Numbered from the stretch's first letter, positions 1-9,719 are shown. The stretch is DNA of 64,000 nucleotides from an uncultured Dehalococcoidia bacterium (GCA_964487335.1 CAZAPT010000008.1:27425-91424), one strand, 5' to 3'. Program-made: numbers and translations. The notes: generated from the letters alone by a model not told the origin.

Positions 1-1
1 C

Positions 2-553
2 GGCGGCGATACGTCGATGGACTGCGCCCGCACCGCGATCCGCCTCGGCGGCCGCGAAGTCACCCTCGTCTACCGCCGCACCGAGAAGGAGATGGTCGGC
101 CGCGAAGAAGAGCGACAGCACGCCCGCGAGGAAGGCGTCCGCTTCGAGTTCCTCGCCGCTCCCGTCCGGTTCCTCGGTACGTCTGCAGGCCATGTCCGCG
201 CCGCCGAGCTCGAGCACATGGAGCTCGGCCCGCCCGACGAGAGCGGCCGCCGCCGCCCGCAAGCCGTCCCCGGCTCCGGCTTCACGCTCGAAGCCGACAC
301 CGTGGCCCTCGCCATCGGCTACAGCGCCGACGAGCGCGTCGCCGCATCCGCGGCGGGCGTGCTGATGGACAAGTGGGGCCTCGTCCTCGTGGATCGGGAG
401 TCCGGAGCGACGGACCGCCCCGGCGTCTACGCCGGCGGCGACGACATCAACGGCGCGGACCTCGTCGTCACTGCTCTGCGCGACGCGCGCATTGCCGCGA
501 ACGCGATGCACGAATACCTCTCCGCAAAGACGCCGGTCGCCGCCGCGTCCTGA
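2..553 (+). CDS. NAD(P)H-dependent glutamate synthase small-subunit/SudA/NfnB-like flavoprotein, C-terminal part (5' truncated by window edge)
   Basis: GGDTSMDCARTAIRLG, VTLVYRR, GVRFEFL, GVYAGGD motifs typical of GltD/SudA/PreT family. Confidence 0.85.
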   Translation, partial: GGDTSMDCARTAIRLGGREVTLVYRRTEKEMVGREEERQHAREEGVRFEFLAAPVRFLGTSAGHVRAAELEHMELGPPDESGRRRPQAVPGSGFTLEADTVALAIGYSADERVAASAAGVLMDKWGLVLVDRESGATDRPGVYAGGDDINGADLVVTALRDARIAANAMHEYLSAKTPVAAAS

Positions 554-634
554 TCCGGACCGGCTACTCATAACCCGCCCTCGTCGCTACCATCGATCGC
601 ACTCGTCCGCCTATCGACACAAGGAGCACCTGCG

Positions 635-1081
635 ATGGCATCCGTCAGCGTTGGTCAGGAAGCCCCTGACTTCACCCTGCGCAACGAGGACAACCAGCCC
701 GTGAAGCTGTCTGACCTGCGCGGCAAGCCCGTCGTCCTCGTCTTCTATCCGCTCGACTTCTCACCTGTCTGTACGAACGAGATGTGCGCGATCCGCGACG
801 ACTACTCGGCGTTCCAGGACAAGGGCGCGCAGGTGTTCGGCATCAGCCGCGACAGCACGTGGACGCACAAGGCCTTCAAGGAAAAGGAAGGCTTGACGCA
901 TACGCTGCTCGCTGACATGAACGGTGCGGTCGCTCAGCAGTACGGCGCCTGGAACGATGTCCTCGGCCTCGCAGAGCGCGTCACCGTCGTCATCGACGCT
1001 AGCGGCGTGGTGCAGCACGTTGAGCAGAGCGGTCTGGCCCAGGCCCGCGACCAGAAGCAAGCCATCGCCGCCATCAAGTAG
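635..1081 (+). CDS. Peroxiredoxin (AhpE/BCP-like)
   Basis: FYPLDFSPVCTNEMC peroxidatic PxxxT/SxxC motif; AGGAG RBS before ATG. Confidence 0.9.
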   Translation: MASVSVGQEAPDFTLRNEDNQPVKLSDLRGKPVVLVFYPLDFSPVCTNEMCAIRDDYSAFQDKGAQVFGISRDSTWTHKAFKEKEGLTHTLLADMNGAVAQQYGAWNDVLGLAERVTVVIDASGVVQHVEQSGLAQARDQKQAIAAIK

Positions 1082-1281
1082 CGCGTAGCGTCTGTTACTG
1101 ACCGCGTGCAGGCGCTTCTCCTCACACCATATTGCGGGACGCCCGAGAGCGGGACCGCGTCGTCGCCGCCGAAGCGTCCGTTTCGGCACGCCCCCTCTTT
1201 CTCATGCCACATTCTCATAGCCTCCCGTGCGGCACATACGCGCTTTACATCATTCCGCCCTTCGAGTAGAAATTGAACGGC

Positions 1282-1629
1282 ATGGTGCTCGAACGAAAGC
1301 TCGTCCTCGACGACAACGACCTCTACTGTCCCGTCCGCGCGACGCTTGCGCTCCTCGGGCAGAAGTGGGTGCCGCACATCATCCATGAGCTCATGGGCGG
1401 CAAGCGCCGCTTCAACGAGCTCGCTCACAAGATCGGCGGATGCAACTCCCGCACGCTGCGCGATCGCCTCAAGAACCTCGAAGAGCTCGACATCGTCAGT
1501 CGCAACATCGTCGCCGTCATGCCGCCGTGGGTCGAGTACGACCTCACTCCGAAGGGTCGCCAGCTCGCCGAAGCCCTCCTCGCCCTCGAGCATTGGGGCG
1601 AGGCCTACATGAAGACCCCCTGCATCTAA
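1282..1629 (+). CDS. HxlR-family winged-helix transcriptional regulator
   Basis: CPVRATLALLGQKW, RRFNEL, VEYDLTPKG; start placed at ATG 1282 (ORF track uses TTG 1273). Confidence 0.9.
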   Translation: MVLERKLVLDDNDLYCPVRATLALLGQKWVPHIIHELMGGKRRFNELAHKIGGCNSRTLRDRLKNLEELDIVSRNIVAVMPPWVEYDLTPKGRQLAEALLALEHWGEAYMKTPCI

Positions 1630-1736
1630 GCCGGCGTCGTCCTCGCAACTCCATTGTCCCTTGTTCTGTGTTCTTCAGATCTGTTCATTGTTGTTTGGTG
1701 TTGGCTGTTTGCCTTGCCGAGCGACGCCAGCGGTAA

Positions 1737-1766
1737 TTGACAACCCACATCACGCACGACTAGCGT
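1737..1766 (+). promoter_or_regulatory. Sigma70-type promoter, probably leaderless, for the MaoC operon
   Basis: TTGACA 1737-1742, 18-nt spacer, TAGCGT 1761-1766, then 7 nt to ATG 1774, no SD. Confidence 0.6.
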
Positions 1767-1773
1767 TAATCCG

Positions 1774-2169
1774 ATGACCTTCACACGTACCAGCGTCTCC
1801 TCCGTGCCTCGCGGCACCGACCTTGAACCCGCGCACTTCACGCTCGCGCGCGATCGCATAGACGCGTATCTCCGCGCCGTCGGCGACAACAACACATACG
1901 GCGACGTCGTCCCGCCGCTCGCCGTCGTCGCCCTCGCGCTCTCGGAACTGCAGGAGCAGGTCTCGCTCCCCGAGGGCGCGCTCCACACCGCCCAGGAGGT
2001 CGAGCATCGCCGACCCGTCCGCCCGGGCGAGCAGTTGACGCTGCGCCCGCGCATCGCGCAGCGTTCCGAGCGTCAGGGCTTCATCATCAGCGTCATCGAG
2101 CTCGACATCGCCGCGAACGACCAGCCCGCGATCCGTGCCCGCACCACCGTCATGGCGCCCGCCTCATGA
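1774..2169 (+). CDS. MaoC/HadA-like hot-dog dehydratase subunit
   Basis: IDAYLRAVGD, VPP, ALHTAQEVEHRRPVRPGE pattern; ATGA overlap with next gene. Confidence 0.75.
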   Translation: MTFTRTSVSSVPRGTDLEPAHFTLARDRIDAYLRAVGDNNTYGDVVPPLAVVALALSELQEQVSLPEGALHTAQEVEHRRPVRPGEQLTLRPRIAQRSERQGFIISVIELDIAANDQPAIRARTTVMAPAS

Positions 2170-2549
2170 CCGCCGTCGTCGCATCCGTCACCCGCACCCT
2201 CACGCAGGAGCAGCTCGCGGCGTACGCCGACGCGTCCGGCGACCACAACCCCATCCACGTCGATCCCGACTTCGCGCGCAACACGATGTTCGGCGGCACG
2301 ATTGCCCACGGCATGCTCGTCCTCGCCCTCATTGGCGACATGATGTTCGCCGCCCACGGCGATGACTGGGTGTCGCGCGGCAAGCTCAAGGTCCGGTTCA
2401 AATCGCCCGCCCGTCCCGGCGACACCGTCACCGCTTCCGCCGAGCGCATCGATCGCGATGGAGGAGCGCTCGACTACACCGTCCAGTGCGCGAACCAGCG
2501 CGGCGAGATCCTCGTCGAGGGCCGCGCCACCATCGGCGCCGACGCGTGA
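2166..2549 (+). CDS. MaoC/HadB-like (R)-specific enoyl-CoA/ACP hydratase
   Basis: YADASGDHNPIHVD...IAHGML catalytic D/H motif; VRFKSPARPGD. Confidence 0.9.
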   Translation: MTAVVASVTRTLTQEQLAAYADASGDHNPIHVDPDFARNTMFGGTIAHGMLVLALIGDMMFAAHGDDWVSRGKLKVRFKSPARPGDTVTASAERIDRDGGALDYTVQCANQRGEILVEGRATIGADA

Positions 2550-3016
2550 GCGACGAGGGGCAGCGCCGAGGCCGCATGTGCTTCGCCTGCGGCGAGATGA
2601 ACGACCGCGGCTTGCAAATGCAGTTCCGTCGCGAGGGCGACCGCACGATCTGCGACTACACCCCCTGCGACTACCAGCAGGGATTCCCCGGCCGTATGCA
2701 TGGCGGCGTCGTCGCCACTCTGGTCGATGAAGCGATGGGCTGGGCCGTCTATCACGCGTCGGCATGGGCCGCGACCGCTCGCCTCAACGTCCGCTTCCGC
2801 GCCCCCATCCGCCTCGACCAGCCGCTCCGCATCGAAGCCTGGGTCACCCGCGACCGCGCGCGCCTCATAGAGCTCCGCGCCGAAGTCCGCGACACCCGCG
2901 GAGCCCTTCTCGCCGAGGGCGACGGTTCCTTCATGAAGCTCGACGAGCGCTTCGCCGGGGAGCTCAGCGATCTGGCGCGCGACGTCGGCCGTACCGATGC
3001 TCCCGCCGGAGGCTGA
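2546..3016 (+). CDS. PaaI-family thioesterase
   Basis: CFACG..N..GL, QGFPGRMHGGVVATLVDEAMG; GTG start overlapping upstream TGA. Confidence 0.85.
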   Translation: MSDEGQRRGRMCFACGEMNDRGLQMQFRREGDRTICDYTPCDYQQGFPGRMHGGVVATLVDEAMGWAVYHASAWAATARLNVRFRAPIRLDQPLRIEAWVTRDRARLIELRAEVRDTRGALLAEGDGSFMKLDERFAGELSDLARDVGRTDAPAGG

Positions 3017-3017
3017 T

Positions 3018-3830
3018 GTGTCCGCGTACGTTACCCCCGACTGGCTCGAAGAACACCTGCGCGATCCGAATGTCCGCATCCTCGAATCGAGCATCGCGAA
3101 GGACACCTACACCCGCGGCCACATCCTCGGCGCCGCGTGGGTCGAGCCGCACGCGGATCTCCTGCGCAACGGCGATGAGTCTTCCGGCTACATCCTCACG
3201 CCCGAGCAGTTCGCCGCTCTCATGAGCCGATGCGGCGTCACGCCCGAAACGACGATCGTCTGGTACGGCGACCGCCACAGTGTCTACGCCATCCGCGGAT
3301 TCTGGACCTGCGATTTCTACCGCCACCCGCGCGCCGTCGTCCTCGAAGGCGGCCGCGAGCGCTGGGAAGCCGAACACCGCCGGATGACGACCGACGCACC
3401 CAACATCGACCCCACGTCGTACCCCGTCCCGCGCGATGTAAACGACGCTAACCGCGCGACTTGGCAGCAGGTGCGCGATGCCGTGGCCTCACCCGCCGCG
3501 GCCGTCCTCGATGTCCGTACGATGCGCGAGTACACCGGCGAAGACGCCCGCGCCGCGCGCGGCGGCCATATTCCCGGCGCCGCGCGTGTCGAGTGGACCG
3601 ATGCCGCGGCTGGCGACAACGTCCTCGACTCGCCCGAAGAGCTCCGTCGCATGTACGAATCAGCCGGTATCACGCGCGACAAGGAAGTCATCGCCCACTG
3701 TCAGCTCGGCATCCGCGCGGCGCACACATGGTTCGTGCTGAAGCACGTCCTCGGCTACCCCAACGTCCGGAACTACGATGGCTCCTGGCAAGAGTGGGGC
3801 AACCGCGACGACCTGCCCGTCGAGCGCTAA
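3018..3830 (+). CDS. Tandem rhodanese sulfurtransferase (SseA/TST-like)
   Basis: GHILGA, GGHIPGA, active-site HCQLGIRA, YDGSWQEW; GTG start 3018. Confidence 0.9.
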   Translation: MSAYVTPDWLEEHLRDPNVRILESSIAKDTYTRGHILGAAWVEPHADLLRNGDESSGYILTPEQFAALMSRCGVTPETTIVWYGDRHSVYAIRGFWTCDFYRHPRAVVLEGGRERWEAEHRRMTTDAPNIDPTSYPVPRDVNDANRATWQQVRDAVASPAAAVLDVRTMREYTGEDARAARGGHIPGAARVEWTDAAAGDNVLDSPEELRRMYESAGITRDKEVIAHCQLGIRAAHTWFVLKHVLGYPNVRNYDGSWQEWGNRDDLPVER

Positions 3831-4699
3831 CCCGACACTGCTACCAGCAAGTTCACCTGCGCGTAGCCGGTAACGTCTGATTCGGTCACCGTCGCCGTCA
3901 CGCTCTCGTCGTTCGCGTTGCTCACGCTCACGAAGTACTGTCCGGCTGCCTGCGAATTCACGGTGTTCGACCAGCCGTGGCTCGAGAGGTCGGACTTGAT
4001 GTTGTTTGCCACGCTCTCCGTTGATCCTTTGACGTAAAGCTCGATGACGTACGTCTTCTTTCCACCGGCGCTGGTCGATGTCGCCTGCGTCACGCGCGCG
4101 CCCGACGGAATCGGCACTCGGTCTTTCGGGTAGTCGCTCGGCAGCTGCGTCTCCGCCGGGAGCTGCGCCGACGATGCCGTCGAACCGCTCGAAGGCGCCT
4201 CCGTCGCGCTGCCGCCGTCGCTGCTCGCGCTGGTCGATGCCGCTGAAGGCCCGCCCTCCTTGTCCCCGACCGCCGCGATGATCATCGTCGTGTCGCCGCT
4301 CGCTGACACCGTGACATATGCGCCCTTGGAGCTGCTAGCGTTCTCGCTCGCCCAGTACGCCGTCTGCCCCGCCGTCCCGTTGACCGTCGCTTTCCATGCG
4401 CCGCTGCTGAACGCCGAGTCGTAGAACGACTGCACCTTGTCGAAGGAGTCGCCCGTCTGCCATGAGACCACCGTGCCGCTGATCCCGTTCTGCGTACCGG
4501 TGTAGCTGCCCTGCACGTCCGCGCCGCTGTACACCGGAAAGTCCGAGGGAAACGAGTCTGGCAGCTTCTTGCTCGAGCTGACCGAAAGGTTCCCGTTGTC
4601 AGTCTTGATCGTCTTGCTGCTTCCGCCTCCGCCGCACCCCACAATGGTGATCGCCGCCGCTGCGATTACGCTCATGCTCATCAGAAGAGCGCGATTCAT
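3827..4699 (-). CDS. Hypothetical lipoprotein with two internally repeated domains
   Basis: Signal peptide with IVGC lipobox; LPDSFPSDFPVYSGA and LPSDYPKDRVPIPSGA begin two similar domains separated by a Ser-rich linker. Confidence 0.7.
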   Translation of the reverse strand: MNRALLMSMSVIAAAAITIVGCGGGGSSKTIKTDNGNLSVSSSKKLPDSFPSDFPVYSGADVQGSYTGTQNGISGTVVSWQTGDSFDKVQSFYDSAFSSGAWKATVNGTAGQTAYWASENASSSKGAYVTVSASGDTTMIIAAVGDKEGGPSAASTSASSDGGSATEAPSSGSTASSAQLPAETQLPSDYPKDRVPIPSGARVTQATSTSAGGKKTYVIELYVKGSTESVANNIKSDLSSHGWSNTVNSQAAGQYFVSVSNANDESVTATVTESDVTGYAQVNLLVAVSG

Positions 4700-4832
4700 T
4701 CGTCGTCCTTCCACTTGGTAAGAAGCTTCCAACTGCCGGTTCGATGTCGGCGGAGTCTACGCGGCGCAATTGTCACGTGTCAATTGCTCGTGGGCATATC
4801 ATCGCTCTCCGCCGTCACGTAGAATGACCGTT

Positions 4833-5774
4833 ATGGTGCGTCCGTCCTCGCCGCTCCGACGCCTCCCCGCGCACGCATTCCACGCACGCCTCCTCCCCCT
4901 TCTCGTCCTTGCCGTCGCATCGATGCTCGCGCTGATCGCTTGCATTCCGTCGAGCGTCGATCCGCCTCCCGGCGCTGCGCCGCTCCGCTACCGCGACGAA
5001 GTCTTCGGCAACTTCAGCGTCACCAGCGACCTGCAGTACGGCAGCGCCCCCGACCTCTCGAACAACCCTGTCGCACTGAAGCTCGACTTGTACGAACCCG
5101 ATGGCGATAGCGCGTCGCAGCGCCCCGCTGTGGTTTGGGTGCACGGCGGCGGCTACAACAAGGGCGACAAGGCGTTCGGTCCGGCGCTCGTCATGGGTCC
5201 GTTGCTGGCGAAGCGGGGCTACGTCTTCGTCTCCATCAATTACCGCCTGCTCGCCCCGGAAAGCTGCACATCCGCCGCTGGCGTCTCGTCCGCCTGCCAG
5301 ACCGCCGCCGTCGCTGCCGCGCACGACGCGCAGGCCGCCGTCCGATGGCTCCGCGCCAACGCCGCCGCGTACCGCATCGATCCCAACCGCATCGGCATCG
5401 GCGGGGAATCGGCTGGCGCGATCACTGCGACGTTCGTCGGCGTTTGGTCTGACCAGCCCGGAGACAGCGGCAACCCCGGCTACCGTTCAGACGTCGAAGC
5501 ATGGGTCTCGATCTCGGGCGGCCTGCCCGGCGGGCTCTTCGTCGGACCCGGCGATGCGCCCGGATTCCTCTTCAGCGGCACCGCTGATCCGCTCGTGCCC
5601 TATCAGTGGTCGGTCGACACGGCGAACGCCATGGACGCCGCGCACGTGCCCGTCGTCTTCCGCACCCTGGACGGCGCCGGCCACGTCCCCTGGATCCCCT
5701 ACGGTGACCTGTTCCAGTCGCAGTCCGTCAACTTCTTCTACAAGTACCTCGACCTCGCCCACGCCCAGCGCTAG
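4833..5774 (+). CDS. Secreted/lipoprotein carboxylesterase (HSL-like alpha/beta hydrolase)
   Basis: HGGG oxyanion motif, GESAG nucleophile, D (GTADPLV) and H (GAGH); hydrophobic leader ending LIAC; start inferred from TAGAAT 7 nt upstream. Confidence 0.8.
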   Translation: MVRPSSPLRRLPAHAFHARLLPLLVLAVASMLALIACIPSSVDPPPGAAPLRYRDEVFGNFSVTSDLQYGSAPDLSNNPVALKLDLYEPDGDSASQRPAVVWVHGGGYNKGDKAFGPALVMGPLLAKRGYVFVSINYRLLAPESCTSAAGVSSACQTAAVAAAHDAQAAVRWLRANAAAYRIDPNRIGIGGESAGAITATFVGVWSDQPGDSGNPGYRSDVEAWVSISGGLPGGLFVGPGDAPGFLFSGTADPLVPYQWSVDTANAMDAAHVPVVFRTLDGAGHVPWIPYGDLFQSQSVNFFYKYLDLAHAQR

Positions 5775-5840
5775 GACTCGTTGGCTCCAAACCGGCGCGA
5801 CAACTAATCGGCTCCGCGGACTCCGCGGCTCTGTGAAGGA

Positions 5841-6539
5841 CTAGTTTCGTCCGACACTAGGCGCATCGCGCAACACCGCCGGCAACCACTCCGCCAGCAG
5901 GTCCTCGACCTCCCGCGCTGACTGCGACAGCCGATGCCCGTCGTCCTCATACAGCACCAGCTGCTTCGGCTCACGCGCGCGCGCGTAGATGTCCTCGCTC
6001 GCCGCGAAGTCCAGCACGTCGTCGCGCTTGCCGTGCACGAGGAGCAGCGCCTTCCCGAGCCGCTCGACCGTCCGCGTCCCATACGTCTGCGACGACAGCG
6101 CAGCAACTCCCCGCACCGCCGGGGACAGCTCCCCTGTCTTGATCACCACCGCTCCGCCGAACGAATGCCCGACGAGCGCGATCCCGCCCGCCCCGACCCC
6201 GCGCAGAAACGACACCCCCGCCATCACGTCCACGACACACTCCTCGAACTCCCCCGGCTCGCGATAGTGCAGCCGCAGCCCGCTCACCTCGCCGCGCAGC
6301 CGGTCCGCCAGCCGTCCGTACAAACCGTGCGCTGGCCCCTCGAAACCGCCGAGCGCGCCACCGACGTAAATCACCGCCCCCGGTCCCGTCGCGCACGGAT
6401 GTAAGATCGCCCGTATCTCCCCTCGAGACGTGCCGAGCAGCACGCGCATGTTGCCGTCCGGCTCTGGATGCGCCGCCACCCGCTCGATCGAAAGCTCGAG
6501 ATCCTGATCGTCGCCAGACGCCGCATCGTCGTCGTTCAT
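5841..6539 (-). CDS. Alpha/beta hydrolase (dienelactone hydrolase-like)
   Basis: GHSFGG nucleophile, HGKRDDV, DGHRL; start set at ATG 6539. Confidence 0.8.
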   Translation of the reverse strand: MNDDDAASGDDQDLELSIERVAAHPEPDGNMRVLLGTSRGEIRAILHPCATGPGAVIYVGGALGGFEGPAHGLYGRLADRLRGEVSGLRLHYREPGEFEECVVDVMAGVSFLRGVGAGGIALVGHSFGGAVVIKTGELSPAVRGVAALSSQTYGTRTVERLGKALLLVHGKRDDVLDFAASEDIYARAREPKQLVLYEDDGHRLSQSAREVEDLLAEWLPAVLRDAPSVGRN

Positions 6540-6621
6540 CTGTGCGCAGCCTACCGCTGCAATGCGGGCGATACATCGGACGCGCCGCCGCCGCGACAGA
6601 TCTGCGGCTAGACTGAGACCG

Positions 6622-7818
6622 ATGCGCATCATCCTCTACACCGGCAAGGGTGGCGTCGGGAAGACCAGCGTCGCTGCCGCCACCGCCCTCCGCGCCGCGA
6701 AGCTCGGCCATAAGACGCTCGTCATGTCCACCGACCCCGCGCACAGCCTCGGCGACTCGATGGACATCGAGCTCGGCGGCGCGCCGTTGCAGGTAGCCGA
6801 CAGTCTCTTCGCCCAGGAGCTCGACGTCATGCGCGAGATCGACGTCCACTGGGGCAAGCTCCAGGAATGGTTGCGCATCCTCATGGCTTGGCGCGGCCTC
6901 GATGAGATCGTCGCAGACGAGATGGCGGTCCTTCCCGGCATGGAGGAGCTCTCCGGCCTCCTCTACCTGCTCGACTACCATGAGCAGCAGACGTACGACA
7001 CGATCATCGTCGACTGCGCGCCCACTGGCGAAACCCTGCGGCTGCTCAGCTTCCCCGAAGTGATGTCGTGGTGGCTCCAACACATCTTCCCGATCCAGCG
7101 GGTCGCCACCCGCATCGCCCGGCCGATCCTGAAGCGCGTCACCGACCTGCCCGTGCCCACCGAAGAGGTCTTCGATGCCGCACGCGACATCCTCGTCAAG
7201 CTCGAGCGGATGCGTGACATCCTCACCAACCCGCGCGAGTCCAGCGTCCGGCTCGTCATGAACCCCGAAAAGATGGTCATCAAGGAAGCGCAGCGCACCT
7301 ACACGTACCTGAACCTCTACGGTTACTTCACCGACCTCGTCGTCTGCAATCGGATGCTCCCCACCGAGGCCGTCGACGGCTACTTCGAGCAGTGGAAGCG
7401 CAGCCAGGCGAAGTACTTTGCGCTCGTGCAGGACGCCTTCGCCCCGATCCCGATCCTCACCGCCAAGCTCATGCCCGACGAAGTCGTCGGTCTCCCGCGC
7501 CTCGACGACTTCGGACGCGTGATCTACGGCGACGCCGATCCGACGCCCGTGATGTACCAAGGCACCGCGCAGGAGATCCGCCACGAAGGCGACGATTTCG
7601 TCCTCTCGATCGCGCTCCCCTTCGTGTCGAAGGAAGACATCAACCTCACCCGCAACGGCGACGAGCTCGTCGTCCACGTCGGCAAACAGCAGCGCAACAT
7701 CATCCTCCCCCGCGCCCTGGCCGGCGCCGACAGCGCCGGCGCGAAGATGAACGGCAACCGCCTCGAGATCCGCTTCCGCAAGTCCGGCGCGGCAACCTCC
7801 CCCGCAGCCGCTTCCTAG
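6622..7818 (+). CDS. ArsA/GET3-family ATPase with C-terminal HSP20-like domain
   Basis: GKGGVGKT P-loop, STDPAHSL, VDCAPTG; C-terminal LSIALPF..RNIILP..AKMNGNRLEIRF alpha-crystallin-like tail. Confidence 0.9.
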   Translation: MRIILYTGKGGVGKTSVAAATALRAAKLGHKTLVMSTDPAHSLGDSMDIELGGAPLQVADSLFAQELDVMREIDVHWGKLQEWLRILMAWRGLDEIVADEMAVLPGMEELSGLLYLLDYHEQQTYDTIIVDCAPTGETLRLLSFPEVMSWWLQHIFPIQRVATRIARPILKRVTDLPVPTEEVFDAARDILVKLERMRDILTNPRESSVRLVMNPEKMVIKEAQRTYTYLNLYGYFTDLVVCNRMLPTEAVDGYFEQWKRSQAKYFALVQDAFAPIPILTAKLMPDEVVGLPRLDDFGRVIYGDADPTPVMYQGTAQEIRHEGDDFVLSIALPFVSKEDINLTRNGDELVVHVGKQQRNIILPRALAGADSAGAKMNGNRLEIRFRKSGAATSPAAAS

Positions 7819-7878
7819 CCACCTTCCACCGGCTACGGTGTCGCGCTTCAGCCGGAAGCGAGTCGTGAGTGCTCCACC

Positions 7879-7902
7879 GTACCGCGGGCTTTCAGCCCCG
7901 CG
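7879..7902 (+). repeat. REP-like element, family B
   Basis: GTAC-CGCGGGCT-ttc-AGCCCCGCG. Confidence 0.7.
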
Positions 7903-7949
7903 CGAGCCCGCGCCAGTGCTATCATCGAACTAGACGACGGAGGCCACCC

Positions 7950-8165
7950 ATGTCCGGCAAATTCTTCGAATCCACCGACGACGGCGACTTCATCTTCCGA
8001 TTCCACCGCCCGCGCATGTTCGACGACGAGACTCGCGGCCACCTCGCGGACGCCCAGAAGCACGCCCTCAAGGCCGCCCGCAGCATGGTTGACGCCATGC
8101 TCTCCGCGATCGAGAAGGACGACGACGACCACAAGACACAACGCCAGAACATCAACATCGACTGA
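7950..8165 (+). CDS. Small hypothetical protein (71 aa) downstream of the ArsA-family gene
   Basis: GGAGG RBS, typical codon usage, followed by hairpin GACGAC-cggcta-GTCGTC. Confidence 0.65.
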   Translation: MSGKFFESTDDGDFIFRFHRPRMFDDETRGHLADAQKHALKAARSMVDAMLSAIEKDDDDHKTQRQNINID

Positions 8166-8304
8166 CGACCGGCTAGTCGTCGACCGAACGGGGCACTTGG
8201 CGAGGAGGGTGGCGTCATGAGGCCTCCCTTCTCGTTATTCCGTCGACGCTAGGCGCGGCGAATGCGTTTCATTCCGCGAAACCGTGACTTCCGACCTCTA
8301 ACCC

Positions 8305-9486
8305 CTACCCCACCACCCGCCGCTCTCGCAGCTTGGCAATCGCGCCCGCATCAAGCCCTAACGTCTCCAGCACTTCGTCCGTGTGCTGCCCCGCCACCGG
8401 CGCCGTCGTCCGCACCTTCCCTGGCGTCTCGGACAGCTTCGTGCCGATCCCCGGATGCTTGATCGTCCCCAGCGTGGGATGCTCCACCTCGACCACCATC
8501 TCCCGCGCGAGGTTGTGCGGGTCGCGCAGCGCCTCCTCGAGGTCCAGCACCGGCGCCGCGCAGATGTCCGTCTGCTTCAACACCTCGAACCACTCGTCGC
8601 GCGTCTTCGTCAGGAACTGCTTCTTGAAGTGCAGCGCGATCTCGTCACGCTTCGCACCGTCGTACTGGTGCGGGATGAAGTCCTCGCGCCCCATCACCTT
8701 GCACAAGTTCGCGAAGAAGTGCGGCTCCAGGCTCCCCAGCGATATCCATCCGCCGTCGCTGCACTGGTACACGTTGTAATGCGGCACGGACCCGTTCAGC
8801 AGCGTCGCCCCGCGCGAAGGTGCACCACCTCCCGCCAGCACGCCGCCGATCATGCTCACAAGCAGGTACATCGCCCCGTCGGACATCGCGATGTCTACAT
8901 ATTGCCCCCGCCCCGTGCGCTCGCGCGCCAGCAGCGCTGCGAGGATCCCGTACGCCGCATGCATGCCGCCGCCCGCGAAGTCCGCGATGATGTTCATCGG
9001 GATCGCCGGCGGCGTCTCCGGCCAGCCGATCATGCTGAGCGCGCCCGCGATCGAGATATAGTTGATGTCGTGCCCGACGAGCTGGCTGTACGGCCCGGTC
9101 TGCCCGAAGCCAGACAGAGAGCAGTAGACGACGCGTTCGTTGCGCTGCCGCAGCGTCTCGTAGTCCACGCCCAGCCGCTTCACAACGCCCGGCCGGAAAC
9201 CCTCGAGGACCACGTCGGCGTCGTCCGCCAGCTTGTAGAAGATCTCCCGCGCGTCCGCCTCCCGCAGGTTCAGCACGATGCTGCGCTTGTTCCTCGACAT
9301 AATGTTGTACGCCGCGGCGCGCTCCGGATCTCCCCGCCCGAACCCGATCGCCGGCGAGAGCTTCCCTTCGGCCGGCGCTTCGACGAGCAGCACGTCCGCG
9401 CCCAGGTCGCCGAGCATCATCGAGCAGAACGGCCCCGGCGCCAGCCGCGACAAATCGAGAATCTTGATGCCTTCAAGTGCCAGCAT
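8305..9486 (-). CDS. CaiB/BaiF family protein, alpha-methylacyl-CoA racemase-like
   Basis: LDLSRLAPGP, RNKRSIVLNL, GHDINY and DFAGG motifs. Confidence 0.9.
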   Translation of the reverse strand: MLALEGIKILDLSRLAPGPFCSMMLGDLGADVLLVEAPAEGKLSPAIGFGRGDPERAAAYNIMSRNKRSIVLNLREADAREIFYKLADDADVVLEGFRPGVVKRLGVDYETLRQRNERVVYCSLSGFGQTGPYSQLVGHDINYISIAGALSMIGWPETPPAIPMNIIADFAGGGMHAAYGILAALLARERTGRGQYVDIAMSDGAMYLLVSMIGGVLAGGGAPSRGATLLNGSVPHYNVYQCSDGGWISLGSLEPHFFANLCKVMGREDFIPHQYDGAKRDEIALHFKKQFLTKTRDEWFEVLKQTDICAAPVLDLEEALRDPHNLAREMVVEVEHPTLGTIKHPGIGTKLSETPGKVRTTAPVAGQHTDEVLETLGLDAGAIAKLRERRVVG

Positions 9487-9596
9487 TGCTTGTCGAACGT
9501 CTCCAGTCGCTAAGTCATGAACAGTAGGGCAGTGCTACAGCCTGAGCGCGACCGCCGCTTCGAGCAAGTTCTGCTCGATCGCGCGCGAACGTACGT

Positions 9597-9621
9597 GTAG
9601 GGCGGCCCCACGTGGCCGCCC
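9597..9621 (+). repeat. REP-like element, family A
   Basis: GTAG-GGCGGC-cccacgtg-GCCGCCC. Confidence 0.8.
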
Positions 9622-9719
9622 TGTGGATTGGGCGGTGACGCATCGATACGCGGCCGACTCTGCGCACGTGACACATGCGCCCTCGCCCCGTGCAATCGTC
9701 GCGCACACACGACTGCGGG

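Noticed and set aside
635-3830. Selenocysteine in other redox genes (peroxiredoxin, rhodanese; also ferredoxin and YyaL)
   Set aside because: All have ordinary Cys codons at active sites and no in-frame UGA.
6622-7818. Arsenite-efflux ArsA
   Set aside because: Single ATPase domain with HSP20-like tail and no ars operon neighbours.
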